DNA of 63,916 nucleotides, counting the filler, from Octopus bimaculoides (lineage: Eukaryota), in assembly GCF_001194135.2 (NCBI RefSeq). It is 8 parts of 8 records of this genome, joined end to end, with 100 filler letters (N's around TTAATTAATTAA, not from the genome) between each part and the next. Parts side by side here need not be neighbours in the genome. Positions count along the whole stretch, not along the records: positions 26,056 to 32,477 come from NC_069001.1; positions 32,578 to 39,077 come from NW_026336411.1; 6 more parts are not named here. One strand, written 5' to 3'. The notes beneath the pieces were generated by a model. That model searched no databases. It saw only the letters and a list, made by a program, of their open reading frames with translations, and was not told the DNA's origin. Each line of letters opens with the position of its first letter. Position 1 is the stretch's first letter. This document shows, in pieces, positions 26,173-39,077 of this stretch. A program made the position numbers and the translations under genes.

Positions 26173-27499
26173 CAGACAGACAGACAGACAGACAGACAGA
26201 TAGATAGATAGATAGATAGCAATAGCATGCCTACGTATTTGCACAAACGTACATGCATAAGTACAGCTGCGCATACATACAAACCTACACACATATACAC
26301 ATACATACGCACAAATGTGTGTGTGCGCGCGCCCGTCTAGATGGACTTGTGCATGTCTGCATATTTGTATGTATACGTACATACGTAGATACACACGTAC
26401 AAACGTAGACATTACGTTTCATATATTTGCGTGTGTGTGTCTATGTGCGTGTGTGTACATACATACATACATACTAAATACGAATGGCGTACATTCCAGA
26501 GGCACTTTGAAACACAAAAGTACAAATTTCTCTGTTGATCACATCTGGCTTATCAGCATGACAATGTTCTATTAACACACTTTAACACATACATACGCAC
26601 ACATACAAACACGCACACACTGGCACACAGACACACACACATACACACTCACACATACACACATACGCAAAAAACATTAGATATCTCAGTATCGCAGTGT
26701 CATATACAACAATATATTTGCTCTACATCCGACGTCACAACCCTATGTTAATCATACTGACTGGCTTTCTTGTTGATAAACACTTTTCTAAGCCAAGAGT
26801 CGAAGCCTCTACGCAGTTACATGAAATAGCAAACAAATTTCCTCAAATCACTACTCGTTTTCTTTGAGAGGGAGGCGATAAAGACATTAGGTCACGTGAT
26901 TCTTATCCACTGTGACTGATCATAAAAATGCTGGCTATCCCGGCTGGTATGTCTTTGATTCTGGGTATGCTTCATGAAGACAGTTAAACATTATCAACTA
27001 CACGGATTTTATTCATATGGTTTAAATACGTTTGCTTATAGCAAACATACTTTCGTGTCAGTGTGTGTGTATGTAAATTAGGTTTTTCGGTACGCGTTGG
27101 ACTCGAACCCACACGTGGGTTTTTCCGCCGAGGGCTTGCTTATATTCTCCATTATTTAGCTCATTCTCTCTAGTCATTGCGCGCTTATCGCTTATAAGCT
27201 TTAAGCTTATAAATACTATTATTGTTATTTACTGATTTGTAAAAATCGACGCTGCTTAACAATATATATAGATATATATATATATATAGCACAATTAAAG
27301 GTTACAAACCTCATTCAGGGACAGCAAAATCCTATGAAATTACTGGTTAATTATCTATACAAAGAGTATTGAACATTATATTTAATATTCCACTGCAAGG
27401 TAACTATATATAAACCGTGGTTTATATATATTTTATTTATTATAATAAGATGAGAGAATAGGAAAGTAATTAATAAGTCATTATTTATTAATTAAAAAG

Positions 27500-27765
27500 T
27501 TGACAAACATCCCTTACAGCTGTTTCAATTCAGGCTCTCAGAAAATCAATTAAACTAAGAATTATTTGAAAGTCGAATCTCTTCAGAGATAGATAACTGT
27601 ATACAAAGTAGGTTTGCAGCCGTTTACTCAATATGAGAAAATTGAGCACTTACTTTGTATACCTCTATCTACTTCTGCAGAGACTCGACTTTCAAATAGT
27701 TTTTAATTTAATTAATTAATTTTTTGAGAGCCTGAATTGAAACAGCTGTAAGTTATGTTTGTCAA
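27500..27765. mobile_element. Tail-to-tail inverted pair of Penelope-type ends with hammerhead-like cores
   Basis: Arms 27500-27610 and 27650-27765; each reads CTG(A/C)AGA...GAAACAGCTGTA outward. Confidence 0.6.
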
Positions 27766-27786
27766 TCTTTCTATTCTCTTTTCTTA

Positions 27787-27849
<63 letters not shown>

Positions 27850-28724
27850 TGTATGTATGTATGTATTACATACATACACACTTATATGCTATGTGTGTGT
27901 ACCTGTGCGTATGTGTATACATGTATATGTGTGGAGGCGCAATGAGCTGAATAGAGGGAAGAGGAAAAAATGTATTTGCCTAAGATTCCACGTAATGCGA
28001 TCGAGTTTGGGACCTCTTAGTCAAGCAGCGAACCTGTCAACTATTCCACCATACTGGAGTTGTTATTACGTGTTATTGTAACTATAACATAAATAGCATA
28101 AAAGAACGCGGAGAGAATAAGAATACTATTCTTATATTCTCGTATGAAAAAGAAGAAAAAAAACACACGTAAAGAATACATTGTTTAGCTGGTTAGTGTA
28201 CTTTTCATTCGTCACTTCAAGATAAAAACAATTCCGTAACTGGTCCACATACACATGTATATCTTGCTGCCAATAGAAAACCTGTTCTACTTGTGTAATG
28301 AAACCCACATCATTCTTACCGTTATCAAACACATATGTATTGTATTCTAACAAGAAAATTGCAGCAAAGCTGCGTGATAGTGCTGCCAGACGTAGCATGC
28401 AAACCATCAAATAACTTGTTTTGACATTGTGTTTTTATTCTTCTCTTCCGTTTTATTTTGACATGCACATTGCATTTTTATTCTTTTCTTCCGTTTTACG
28501 CATTCAGTGTGCACATGTACATTGCGTGTTCATACTTTTCTTTCCGGATCCTGCTCAAAACTGTTTAGAAAGCGCAACCATCTGATGAACCTCCGTTCGT
28601 GAGGAGCGGTTTGCGCTCCGATGGTCGTGAAACGAGCATTTAGATTAAACGATACCCGAGGAATCGCTACATGGTCGCTGGTCTTGCTAGAAACAACAGC
28701 TAAATCTTCTTGAAATTGTGAAGG

Positions 28725-28990
28725 TGCGTGGCCTGATGGTTAGGGTGTCATAATCACGCTCATAAGGTCGAAGTTTCGATTCCCAAACCGGGTACTGCGC
28801 TGTGTTCTCCAGCAAAACGCCCTATTTCACGTTGTTCCGGCTCACTCAGCTGTAAATGGTTTAACCCTGCGACCGACCCCGCTCAGAGGGAATGTTGCGA
28901 TCCCTGTCACTTATATGCCATGGAAACTGGGCAACCAGTCCTCTGAGTCCTAGGGCTTGAAAAACTAAGGTCTAAAAGGCTTGCTTTCGC
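28725..28990 (+). mobile_element. Diverged SINE family D-like copy
   Basis: tRNA-like head with GTTTCGATTCCC and TTTCACGTTGTTCC..CACTCAGCTGTA core shared with 15050-15380. Confidence 0.65.
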
Positions 28991-30071
28991 TCCTTTAAAT
29001 TACCGTGCATGCTCTGTGTTAAAAACAATTCAGAGTTTAGCGTATACCCGAGAAAAAAAAAACAGGATGGTCATGGTTTGATTGTTTTTGATCATAGATT
29101 TTGATCCGAGTCGACTTTGAGAGAGAAAAAAATAACAAAAAGAATATGGAGATAGATCTTACATTCTTATGTAGGACATAGTGAACTACGGTATTTTAGT
29201 ATAAAGTTACTTCAAATGCGTATATAAAATTAAGAACGTATGGTTCGTGGTAAACTCCAACTCTATAGTAATTAGAGCATGGGAGATGAAGCCCACTTTC
29301 AATCGATAAAATATAAACCTTACTGGGAAGATTTAAATTTCTGTTTTATCGAGTAAAAGCTAAACTTCACTTTTGAATAGGGCTAAAGCACAGTTTTATC
29401 TACAAAGAAAGACCTATCTTCAAAAACGACGACAGAAATCTCATTTAAGAAAGGTATAACGTGTAAAACTAAAAATAAGCTTCAATTTGAATACAACTTA
29501 AGCACAGCTTATTTTAAATTGGAAAGAGATAAACCATTGTTTCGACGAATCAGAGATGAACAAGGCGTTAAACAGCGAAGAGCTGAATCTCATTTTGAAA
29601 GGATAGAAAATGAACTTTACTTTGAAGAAAGAAGAAAAGCTATAGTTTGAGAGATAAGCCTCATTTTGGAAAAGAAGATTGAAATAAAGAAAAGATAAAG
29701 CACAGGTTTAATTGACAAAATACAAAATATAAACCTATCATTAAATAAGGGAAAAACGGGATTTGCTTTGATCAAGAAAAAATAAACCGCACTTTCAATA
29801 CGGATCTAGTACGGCACAGAATGAATTCTTAAACCAGAAAGGTTACATTGGTCAAGGGATGGTTAAATCATAGTTTCAGTCATAATTAGCACAGGGACCA
29901 CACAGAAGCACTCTCGCCGATTCGAAGATGAAGACAACGTTTGTATATTAAAGTAGACAAGAGTTGGCTTTGTTGTTAATCATGTCCACATAAATGTGAT
30001 GCTAAGATAGAGAAGAATCGATGGATGATCTCCAGTTATTAGTGTAGGTTCAAAGCAAAGAAATTAGCTTA

Positions 30072-30325
30072 AGAGGATTCCCAGCCCAGTGGGTATGGAA
30101 AATGCTAACAGCCATTAGATTGAGAGGAAAGGAGCGAAGGTTGGTTGAGTGGCGGATAGAGGAAGCAGCAGAAAGAACCCCCAGCTGGTTATGGGGCAAG
30201 AAAGAGGAGCAAACAAAGCTGGAAGCCATGTGGAGATAAGCAGCAATGATTTGGGCGCCTCTGCTGACCCACCAAAGGGTGCGGATTACGGTTCAGAGTC
30301 GAAACATCCGATGACTACTGGAGAT
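30072..30325 (+). mobile_element. 3' end of an R2-group (HERO-like) non-LTR retrotransposon: restriction-like endonuclease C-terminus + 3' UTR
   Basis: 30072-30239 reads RGFPAQWVWKMLTAIRLRGKERRLVEWRIEEAAERTPSWLW, matching the recalled EVGCRGF..QS.W......AAE.AS.WLW motif. Confidence 0.7.
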
Positions 30326-31337
30326 ATATATATATATATATANNNNNNNNNNNNNNNNNNNNNNNNNNNNNNNNNNNNNNNNNNNNNNNNNNNNNNNNNN
30401 NNNNNNNNNNNNNNNNNNNNNNNNNNNNNNNNNNNNNNNNNNNNNNNNNNNNNNNNNNNNNNNNNNNNNNNNNNNNNNNNNNNNNNNNNNNNNNNNNNNN
30501 NNNNNNNNNNNNNNNNNNNNNNNNNNNNNNNNNNNNNNNNNNNNNNNNNNNNNNNNNNNNNNNNNNNNNNNNNNNNNNNNNNNNNNNNNNNNNNNNNNNN
30601 NNNNNNNNNNNNNNNNNNNNNNNNNNNNNNNNNNNNNNNNNNNNNNNNNNNNNNNNNNNNNNNNNNNNNNNNNNNNNNNNNNNNNNNNNNNNNNNNNNNN
30701 NNNNNNNNNNNNNNNNNNNNNNNNNNNNNNNNNNNNNNNNNNNNNNNNNNNNNNNNNNNNNNNNNNNNNNNNNNNNNNNNNNNNNNNNNNNNNNNNNNNN
30801 NNNNNNNNNNNNNNNNNNNNNNNNNNNNNNNNNNNNNNNNNNNNNNNNNNNNNNNNNNNNNNNNNNNNNNNNNNNNNNNNNNNNNNNNNNNNNNNNNNNN
30901 NNNNNNNNNNNNNNNNNNNNNNNNNNNNNNNNNNNNNNNNNNNNNNNNNNNNNNNNNNNNNNNNNNNNNNNNNNNNNNNNNNNNNNNNNNNNNNNNNNNN
31001 NNNNNNNNNNNNNNNNNNNNNNNNNNNNNNNNNNNNNNNNNNNNNNNNNNNNNNNNNNNNNNNNNNNNNNNNNNNNNNNNNNNNNNNNNNNNNNNNNNNN
31101 NNNNNNNNNNNNNNNNNNNNNNNNNNNNNNNNNNNNNNNNNNNNNNNNNNNNNNNNNNNNNNNNNNNNNNNNNNNNNNNNNNNNNNNNNNNNNNNNNNNN
31201 NNNNNNNNNNNNNNNNNNNNNNNNNNNNNNNNNNNNNNNNNNNNNNNNNNNNNNNNNNNNNNNNNNNNNNNNNNNNNNNNNNNNNNNNNNNNNNNNNNNN
31301 NGGGGGGGGGGTTCGATCAAAAAGGATCGAGAAAAAA

Positions 31338-31392
<55 letters not shown>

Positions 31393-31794
31393 CGCGATTT
31401 CCCTGTAAGACCACTGCAAGATTTCTTGCAGAAGAATAGTCTAGAACCCAAATAAATGGAGAATGTCACGAGGTAGATAGGCATGTCTGCTGTGATCAGA
31501 TCAAAATGGCTGTTTGACAAGAGAATAAAGATGGAACACTTCTGTCAGTGAAAGTTGATTCAGCGCTTCTTCACCAACTCAGACGGAGTGCAGAAAGTAA
31601 GGGGGTGGTGCTGAGATATTTGCAGAAGATATAGAAGGGTTTTACACATTATGATAAACTTAGTCACCATCAGGTGCAGGAGCTTGCAACATTTTTAAGT
31701 ATCTCCCACAGTTTCTGCTTGGGGCAAACCATCCTTTCATGTTCGTTTTACCTGTATATATTTGTAGAACAAATAGAAGTACACCTCGATACAC

Positions 31795-31846
<52 letters not shown>

Positions 31847-32020
31847 AAAGGTAAATAGAGTTAGCGGTTGGAATAACCGTCTAAGGGATAAGAATATCCG
31901 TTATCCTACAACCGGTATCAATTACCTATATTAACCCTGGGCATGGGTATGCAAGCACACTATGCTCATAGGGTACAGGTAATAACGCAATGAACAAGAG
32001 TTTATCCGGAATTAAATTTG

Positions 32021-32183
32021 AAATAAGCAGAAAATGGAGAAAACTATTTAGATCAACAAACAAACAAATTGACTAACATCGGTTAATTATTAAAACAAAA
32101 CTTTTGTATTAAAAAATAATTAACCGATATTGGTCAATTTGTTTGTTTGTTAATCAGAAGTTTTCTACATTTTCTGCTTATTT
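32021..32183. repeat. AT-rich hairpin / MITE-like foldback
   Basis: ~70-bp reverse-complementary arms. Confidence 0.8.
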
Positions 32184-32332
32184 TATATATATATATATAT
32201 ATGATTAATTTACAAAGGTACCGTTAATTCTATTATTATCCAGTGTCACCAATTTAAGAATGATAATAACAGAATCGACGATACAGGTGACTGCAGGCCA
32301 AAAATGGCATTTAAAAAGCCGAGGGATTATAA

Positions 32333-32467
32333 TCAATCAAAAGACATACTGAGTATGTCTACCTGCTTGAAATAACAGTCAAAACTCTACCAGTGTACTT
32401 TTGGCGATTTAATAACGAGTTTTGACTGTTACTTCAAGCAAGTAGACATACTTAGTCATTTGATTGA
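32333..32467. repeat. Hairpin / foldback
   Basis: ~52-bp reverse-complementary arms around a short spacer. Confidence 0.8.
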
Positions 32468-32579
32468 GTATATATATNNNNNNNNNNNNNNNNNNNNNNN
32501 NNNNNNNNNNNNNNNNNNNNNTTAATTAATTAANNNNNNNNNNNNNNNNNNNNNNNNNNNNNNNNNNNNNNNNNNNNAC

Positions 32580-32657
32580 TTCTTCACGCGTCCGTTCATA
32601 CTTTTTCTATGGTCTTTCTGTCTTTCTTTCTTACTCTCTTTTTTCCTTTCTTTCTCC

Positions 32658-32707
<50 letters not shown>

Positions 32708-32801
32708 ATCTATCTTTCTTTCTGTCTTTTTCTTTCTTTTTTCTTTCTTTTTCTTTTGTTCTCTCAGTTCTCGCTCCCCCTCTCCGTTGTCGCTCCCCAC
32801 T

Positions 32802-32832
<31 letters not shown>

Positions 32833-34755
32833 GCCCCTTTATCTATGGCATGATGTTCCAGCCATGGACATACAGACTATTAGAGGGAGAAAGAGAGGGA
32901 GGAGAGAAAGATAGAAACTGGAAGAGAGAGAAAGAAGAGAGGATGGAAAGAAAGATAGAAACTGTGAGGGAGGAAAAGTGAGTGAGAGGAGAGAAAGAGT
33001 GAAACCGTGAGAGAGAAAGATAGGAGAGAAAGATAGAAACTGAAAGAGAGAAAATGAGAGAGCACGAGAAGAGAAAGATAAAAACTGTAAGAGAGAGAGG
33101 GAGAGGGGAGAGAAAGAGAGAGAGGAGAGAAAGAGAGAAACTATAAGAGAGAGAAAGAGAGAGAGAGAGATAGGGGAGACAATGAGAGAAACGAGAGATA
33201 GAGAGAGAAAGAAAGAGAGAGAGAGGAGAGAAAGATAGAAAGTCTAAAAGAGAAAATGAGAGAGAGAGAAGTGAGAAAGATACAAAATGTAAAAGAGAGA
33301 AAGAAGTAGAGAGAGGGGAGAGAAAGATAGAAACTGTAAGAGAGAGAGAGAAAGAGGAGAGAGAGAGAGGGAGAGAGAGAGAGGGGGAGAGAGAGAGAGA
33401 GGGAGAGAGAGAGAGAGAGAGATGAAAACTTCAGGAGAGAAATAGTCACAAGAGAGAAAGATAGAAACTGTAAGAGAGAGAGTGAAGCGAAAGATACAAA
33501 CTGTAAGAGAGAAAAAGAAAGAGAGTGAGGAGAGAAAGATAGAAACTGTAAGAGAGAGAGAATGGACTGTTACCATTAGCGATCTGAGTGACCAGATAGA
33601 GGCTCCCTCCCTGACACGGTCAGTTATTGGTCACTGTACGTAGTTGTTTGGTCGGTCAGTCAGTCTCTCTGTCCATTTGTCTGACTGTCCGTCTGCCTTG
33701 AGGGAGGGTAGACTATTATTATTTGCAGTCTGAATGTCTACGTGGAGGTTCCCTCACTGAAACGGTCAGTATTGGTCACTGTATGTCGCTGATTGGTCGG
33801 CCAGTCCATCTGTCCGTCCGTCCGTCTGTCCGTGTGTCCGTCTGTTTGCTCCGTCTGACAGTCTGGTCGTCTACCAGTCGGTGTATGGATTAGTCGCTTT
33901 ACATTATTTGGTCACTTCAGTCTACTGGTCAGTTGGTCAGCTGGAATCTCACTGTTGGCTTGTCCGTGTGTTCGCCTGTCCGCCTGTCCGGCAGTCTGCC
34001 AGTCTGTGTATTCGTTAGTCTCGCACTTCACTTGGTCACTTTGCTCAGTAATGGTTTGTGACAATGGTGTTGGTGGAGGCGGCGGTGGTGGTGATGGTCG
34101 TAGTGGTGTTGGCGGGGGTGTTTTGGTGATGGTTGTGGTAATGGCGGAGGTATTAGTGATGTAGGTGGTGATGGTGGTAGAGGTGGTGGTGGTGGTGGAG
34201 GTACAGGTGTTGGTTGTTATGGCGGTGATAATGGTGGTGGCGTTGGTGTTGCCCATGGATATTTTTCTTTCTCTTAGTGCCAATTACTTGGTCAGTCTCT
34301 CTGTCCATCACTGTCCGTCGCTTTGTCTGTCTCTCCGTCTCTGTTCGTCTCTCTCCGTCCGTCTCTCTCTCTCTCTCTGTCCGTTTGTCCGTCTCTCTCG
34401 CTCTGTCCGTCTGTTTGTCCGTCTCTCTGTTCGGTCGACTTTCTGTCTCACTTTTGTCCTCTCTTTCTCTCTCTTTTTGTCCGTCTCTCTCTGTCCATCT
34501 GCCTGTCCGTCTCTCCGTCCATGTCTGTCTTAATGCCTGTCCATCTGTCTGCTCGTTTGTCTGTTCCTCTCTCTCGCTCCCCCTCTCTCTCTCTCCGTCT
34601 CTCTGTCTCCGTCTCTCTCTCCGTCTCCCTCCGTCTTTCTCTGTTCAGCTGTCCGTCCGTCTTTCTGTCTCTCTGTTTGTCTCTCTGTTCGTCTCTCTCT
34701 CTCCCTCTCTCTCCCTGTCCGCCTCTCTCTCCCTGTCCGCCTCTCTCTCCCTGTC

Positions 34756-34789
<34 letters not shown>

Positions 34790-35727
34790 NNNNNNNNNNN
34801 NNNNNNNNNNNNNNNNNNNNNNNNNNNNNNNNNNNNNNNNNNNNNNNNNNNNNNNNNNNNNNNNNNNNNNNNNNNNNNNNNNNNNNNNNNNNNNNNNNNN
34901 NNNNNNNNNNNNNNNNNNNNNNNNNNNNNNNNNNNNNNNNNNNNNNNNNNNNNNNNNNNNNNNNNNNNNNNNNNNNNNNNNNNNNNNNNNNNNNNNNNNN
35001 NNNNNNNNNNNNNNNNNNNNNNNNNNNNNNNNNNNNNNNNNNNNNNNNNNNNNNNNNNNNNNNNNNNNATCTGTCTGCTCGTTTGTCTGTTCCTCTCTCT
35101 CGCTCCCCCTCTCTCTCTCTCCGTCTCTCTGTCTCCGTCTCTCTCTCCGTCTCCCTCCGTCTTTCTCTGTTCAGTTGACCGTCCGTCTTTCGGTCTCTCC
35201 GTCTCTCTCTCTCTCTATCCTTGTCCGTCTCTCTCTCTCTCCGTCTCTCTGTCCGTCTCCCTCGTCTTTCTCTGTTCAGCTGTCCGTCCATCTTTCTGTC
35301 TCTGTCTCTCTGTTCGTCTCTCTCTCCTTCTCTATCTCTGTCCGTGCCTCTCTCCAGTCTCTCTCTCTCCCTCAGTCTCTCTCTCTCTCCCTCAGTCTCT
35401 CTCTCTCCCTCAGTCTCTCTCCCTCTCCCTCTTTGTCCTTCCCTCTACCTGTACGCGTGTCCATCTGTCTCTACGGACAGTTAGCTGGACGGTTAGTTAA
35501 TTGGTCACTTACTCCGCGCGTGTCTGTCATGGTCTATGATTTTATGCTTTGGTCAGTTTCATCGGTAATGGTTATGGTAGTAGTAACGGCTATTGTAGTG
35601 GTGGTGTGTTGCCAATGGCGTTAACAGTGTTGCTGATAGTGGTGTTAGTAGTGGCGGTGGAGGTAGTGGAGGTGATGGAGGCGGAAGTAGTGATTGTGAG
35701 CAGAGTCACTAGTGGTAGTAGTAGTAA

Positions 35728-35781
<54 letters not shown>

Positions 35782-36774
35782 GTTTGGTTATGTTGGCGCT
35801 GGTGGTAGTTTCGTTGTTATTGACCCTTGACGAAGCGGCCGTATGGACAAATACAATCCAACCGTGACAGTGCCGTCTGATTCCTATTTGGAGGTAACCC
35901 GGGAGCCACTGGCTCATTATCCCACGCTTGCTGGTGTGGGCGAAATTTCACTGTTATTTCCAGCAGGTCCAGCGATCACCATGACACTTCCCTGTTGGTT
36001 CGGTCACTCTTGGTTACTGTTTGTTTGAATGGTCAAACTGTCAGTCAGTCAGTCTGTCTGTCTGTGTTTCTGACCGTCTGTCCGTCCATCTGTCCGTCTG
36101 TCCGTCTGCCTGCCTGTCTGTGCATTGGTTAGTCTCTTACTACACTTGGTCATTTTTGCTGTTGGTCAGTTGGTTTGTTGGTTATTCCGTCTGTCAGCCT
36201 GTACAGTGGTCAGTTCGCTTGGTCAGTATGTATGCTTGGTTTGGTTGGTTGGTTGGATGGTCGTGGTGGGGATGGTACTATGCTGATAATGGTGGTGGGG
36301 GAGGCGGCGGTCGTGGCAACGGCGGTCGCGGCGGCAGCGGTGGTGGTGGTGGTGATGGTGGTTGCGGTGTTGGTGGTGATAGAGGTGGTGGTGGGGGCGG
36401 CCGTGGTAGGGGCGACATGGTGACTGTGTTGGTTTGGGGGTCTTCACTCTTTCNNNNNNNNNNNNNNNNNNNNNNNNNNNNNNNNNNNNNNNNNNNNNNN
36501 NNNNNNNNNNNNNNNNNNNNNNNNNNNNNNNNNNNNNNNNNNNNNNNNNNNNNNNNNNNNNNNNNNNNNNNNNNNNNNNNNNNNNNNNNNNNNNNNNNNN
36601 NNNNNNNNNNNNNNNNNNNNNNNNNNNNNNNNNNNNNNNNNNNNNNNNNNNNNNNNNNNNNNNNNNNNNNNNNNNNNNNNNNNNNNNNNNNNNNNNNNNN
36701 NNNNNNNNNGATCTCTCTCTCTCGCTCTTCAGAGAGTTACTCTTTCTCCATCTCTCTGTCTCTTCTCTCTCCCT

Positions 36775-36810
<36 letters not shown>

Positions 36811-38999
36811 TTACCATTCCTATCTTTATCACTCTTTGAAAGAGGAAAAAATAAGGAAAGAAAAGAGAGAGATAGAGAAAGAAGAGAGAGAGAGAGAGAG
36901 AGAGAAAGAAGAGAGAGAGAGAGAGAGAGAGAGAAGAGAGAGAGACAGTGATAAAAAGAGAAAGAAATACTGAGAGAGAAGCAGCAATGAGCGGGAAGGG
37001 GTAAAGAGAGAGAGGGGGAGTGAGACTATTTGTCTATCGGTCAGTTTTGTTGGTCATTCCCTGTGGCGATACTAATGCCGTTTGTTAGTACTTTGGTCAG
37101 CCCTGACCACTATCAGTTTGGTTGGTCAGTCAGGCTGTTTGTCTGTCTGTATATCTATCGGTCAGTTTTCTTGGTCATTCACCGTGGCGATACTAAAGCT
37201 GCCTGTTAGTACTTTGGTCAGTCCTGGTCAATACTTGGCTGGTTTCTGTTTATTTGTGTGTCCATCTGTATAGCGATCAATTTTCTCGGGCTTTCATTTT
37301 GACCAGCCGGCTGGTCAGTCAAAATGCTGCCAATCTGTTGGTGCTCGTGATGTTGGTGGTGGTAGTGGTGATGGTAACAGCAGAAGTAGTAGTGATGCCG
37401 ATGGTGGCGACGGTGGTGGCGGGGACAGTGGTGGTGGTGGTGGTGGCGGTGGCGGTTGGTAATAATACTGGTAGTTGTTATAGTAGTAGTAGTGGTGGTT
37501 GTTATGGTGGGGGTGATGGTAGTGGTGGTCATCGTGGTGACGGTAGTGGTGATGTGATGATGGTTGTGGTTGTGGTTGTGGTGGTAGTAGTTGTAGTAGT
37601 ACCGTGGGCGTTTGTAATGGTGGTTGTGGTGTTGGTGGTTGTATAAGGTAGCGATGGGAGATTGGGGGTGGAGATAGTGGGGGTTGTGGTGGTAATGGCC
37701 GCAGTCAAATGACTGAAACAAGTAAAATAATAAAAGAATAGAATAGGTACAGAATTAGACAGATAGAAAGTGTGTGTGTGTGAGAGAGAGAGAGAGGGGG
37801 CGGAGAGAGAGAGAGAGAGAGAAAGAGAGAAAGAGAGAGAGAGAGGGGGAGCGATATGTATAGAAAGAGAGGGAAAGAGTCAATAATTGCTTGAATAGAG
37901 AGAGAGAGCGACAGAAACATAAGACTGAGCGAACATAGACAAAGAGAGAGGGTGAGAGAGAGATAGACAGGGAGAGTGGGATAGAGAGAGATAGACAGGG
38001 AGATAAGGATAAGGAAGTGAAGGTGGGAGGATATAGAACAAGAGAGAGAAGCAGGAGTCGAAGTAGGAGAGGTGGGAGTACCTCTGTATAAGGCGATACT
38101 GAAATCTGACTGTTAGTAACTTTGGTCATCTGTGGACATTGTATTACGACCGGCTGGTCAGTTGGCTTGGCTGGCTGGCTGGCTGTGAGTCGACTTGCAG
38201 CGATCGATACTATTGGTCATTCTGTGTCTTTGCTTGGTCAGTCTCTGTGTCTGTCTGTCTGTCTTTTGGTTAGTCTCTTGGTCGCTGCTTGGTCAGTCTC
38301 TTTGCCTGTCTGTCTGTCTTCTGGTCAGTCTCTGGCTAGGTTTTTATCATTCTGCTTGGTCAGTCTCTCTGCCTGCTTGCCTGTCTGCCTGCCTGTCTGT
38401 CTGTCTGTCTGGCAATCTTTCAGTGGGGACGGAGGCAGCGGGGGTGGAGTAATCATTGACGGTGATGATGATGATGGTGATGGTAGTGGTGTTGGCGGTG
38501 AAGAAAAGGCGAGGATGAAACAATGGTAACTGTGATAATTATGGTTGTAATAGTGAGAGTGATAATGGTGGTGGTGGTGATGGTGGCGGCGGTGGCGGTG
38601 ATGGTGTGGTGTGTGTGTGTATGGGGGGGGGTTATGCTGGTGGCTGTGCTGGTTATTGGTGGTGGTGGTGGTGGCGATGGTGATGATGATGATGACGGTA
38701 TGGGTAGCAGTAGCATTAGTGGTCTTGATATATTTGCTGTTTTTAATAATAGTGGTGGTCAGGCACTAATGGCGGTGGAGGCGTTTGTGGTCAAGGCTGG
38801 GGAGAGGAGGCGCGGGGTGGAGTTTTACTCGTAATGGTGATGAACCGTACAAATTATAGTAGTAGTAGTAGCAGTAGTAGTAGTAATAGTTGATGGTGGT
38901 GGTGGTAGTAGTAACAGCAATAAAATTAGCAGTCGTAGTAGAAGTAGTAGTAATGGTGGAGGTGGTGGTGTTACTAGTAGTAGTTGTGGTGGTGATGGC

Positions 39000-39033
<34 letters not shown>

Positions 39034-39077
39034 ATAGTAGTTGCAGTAGTAATAGTAGTGGTGGTGGTGGTGGTGGT
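32580..39077. repeat. Compound degenerate satellite: AG/CT tracts, TTGGTCA-rich units and GGT/GTA triplets
   Basis: Recurring blocks; internal ~120-145-bp unit repeats (33606/33749; 37036/37156/38092). Confidence 0.85.

Noticed and set aside
27088-27135. Minus-strand GGGTTCGAGTCC tRNA T-arm-like motif
   Set aside because: No acceptor, D or anticodon arms; not a tRNA gene
28570-28645. CTGATGA followed by hairpins and a later GAAAC
   Set aside because: Helix II does not close on GAAA and there is no NUH after helix III
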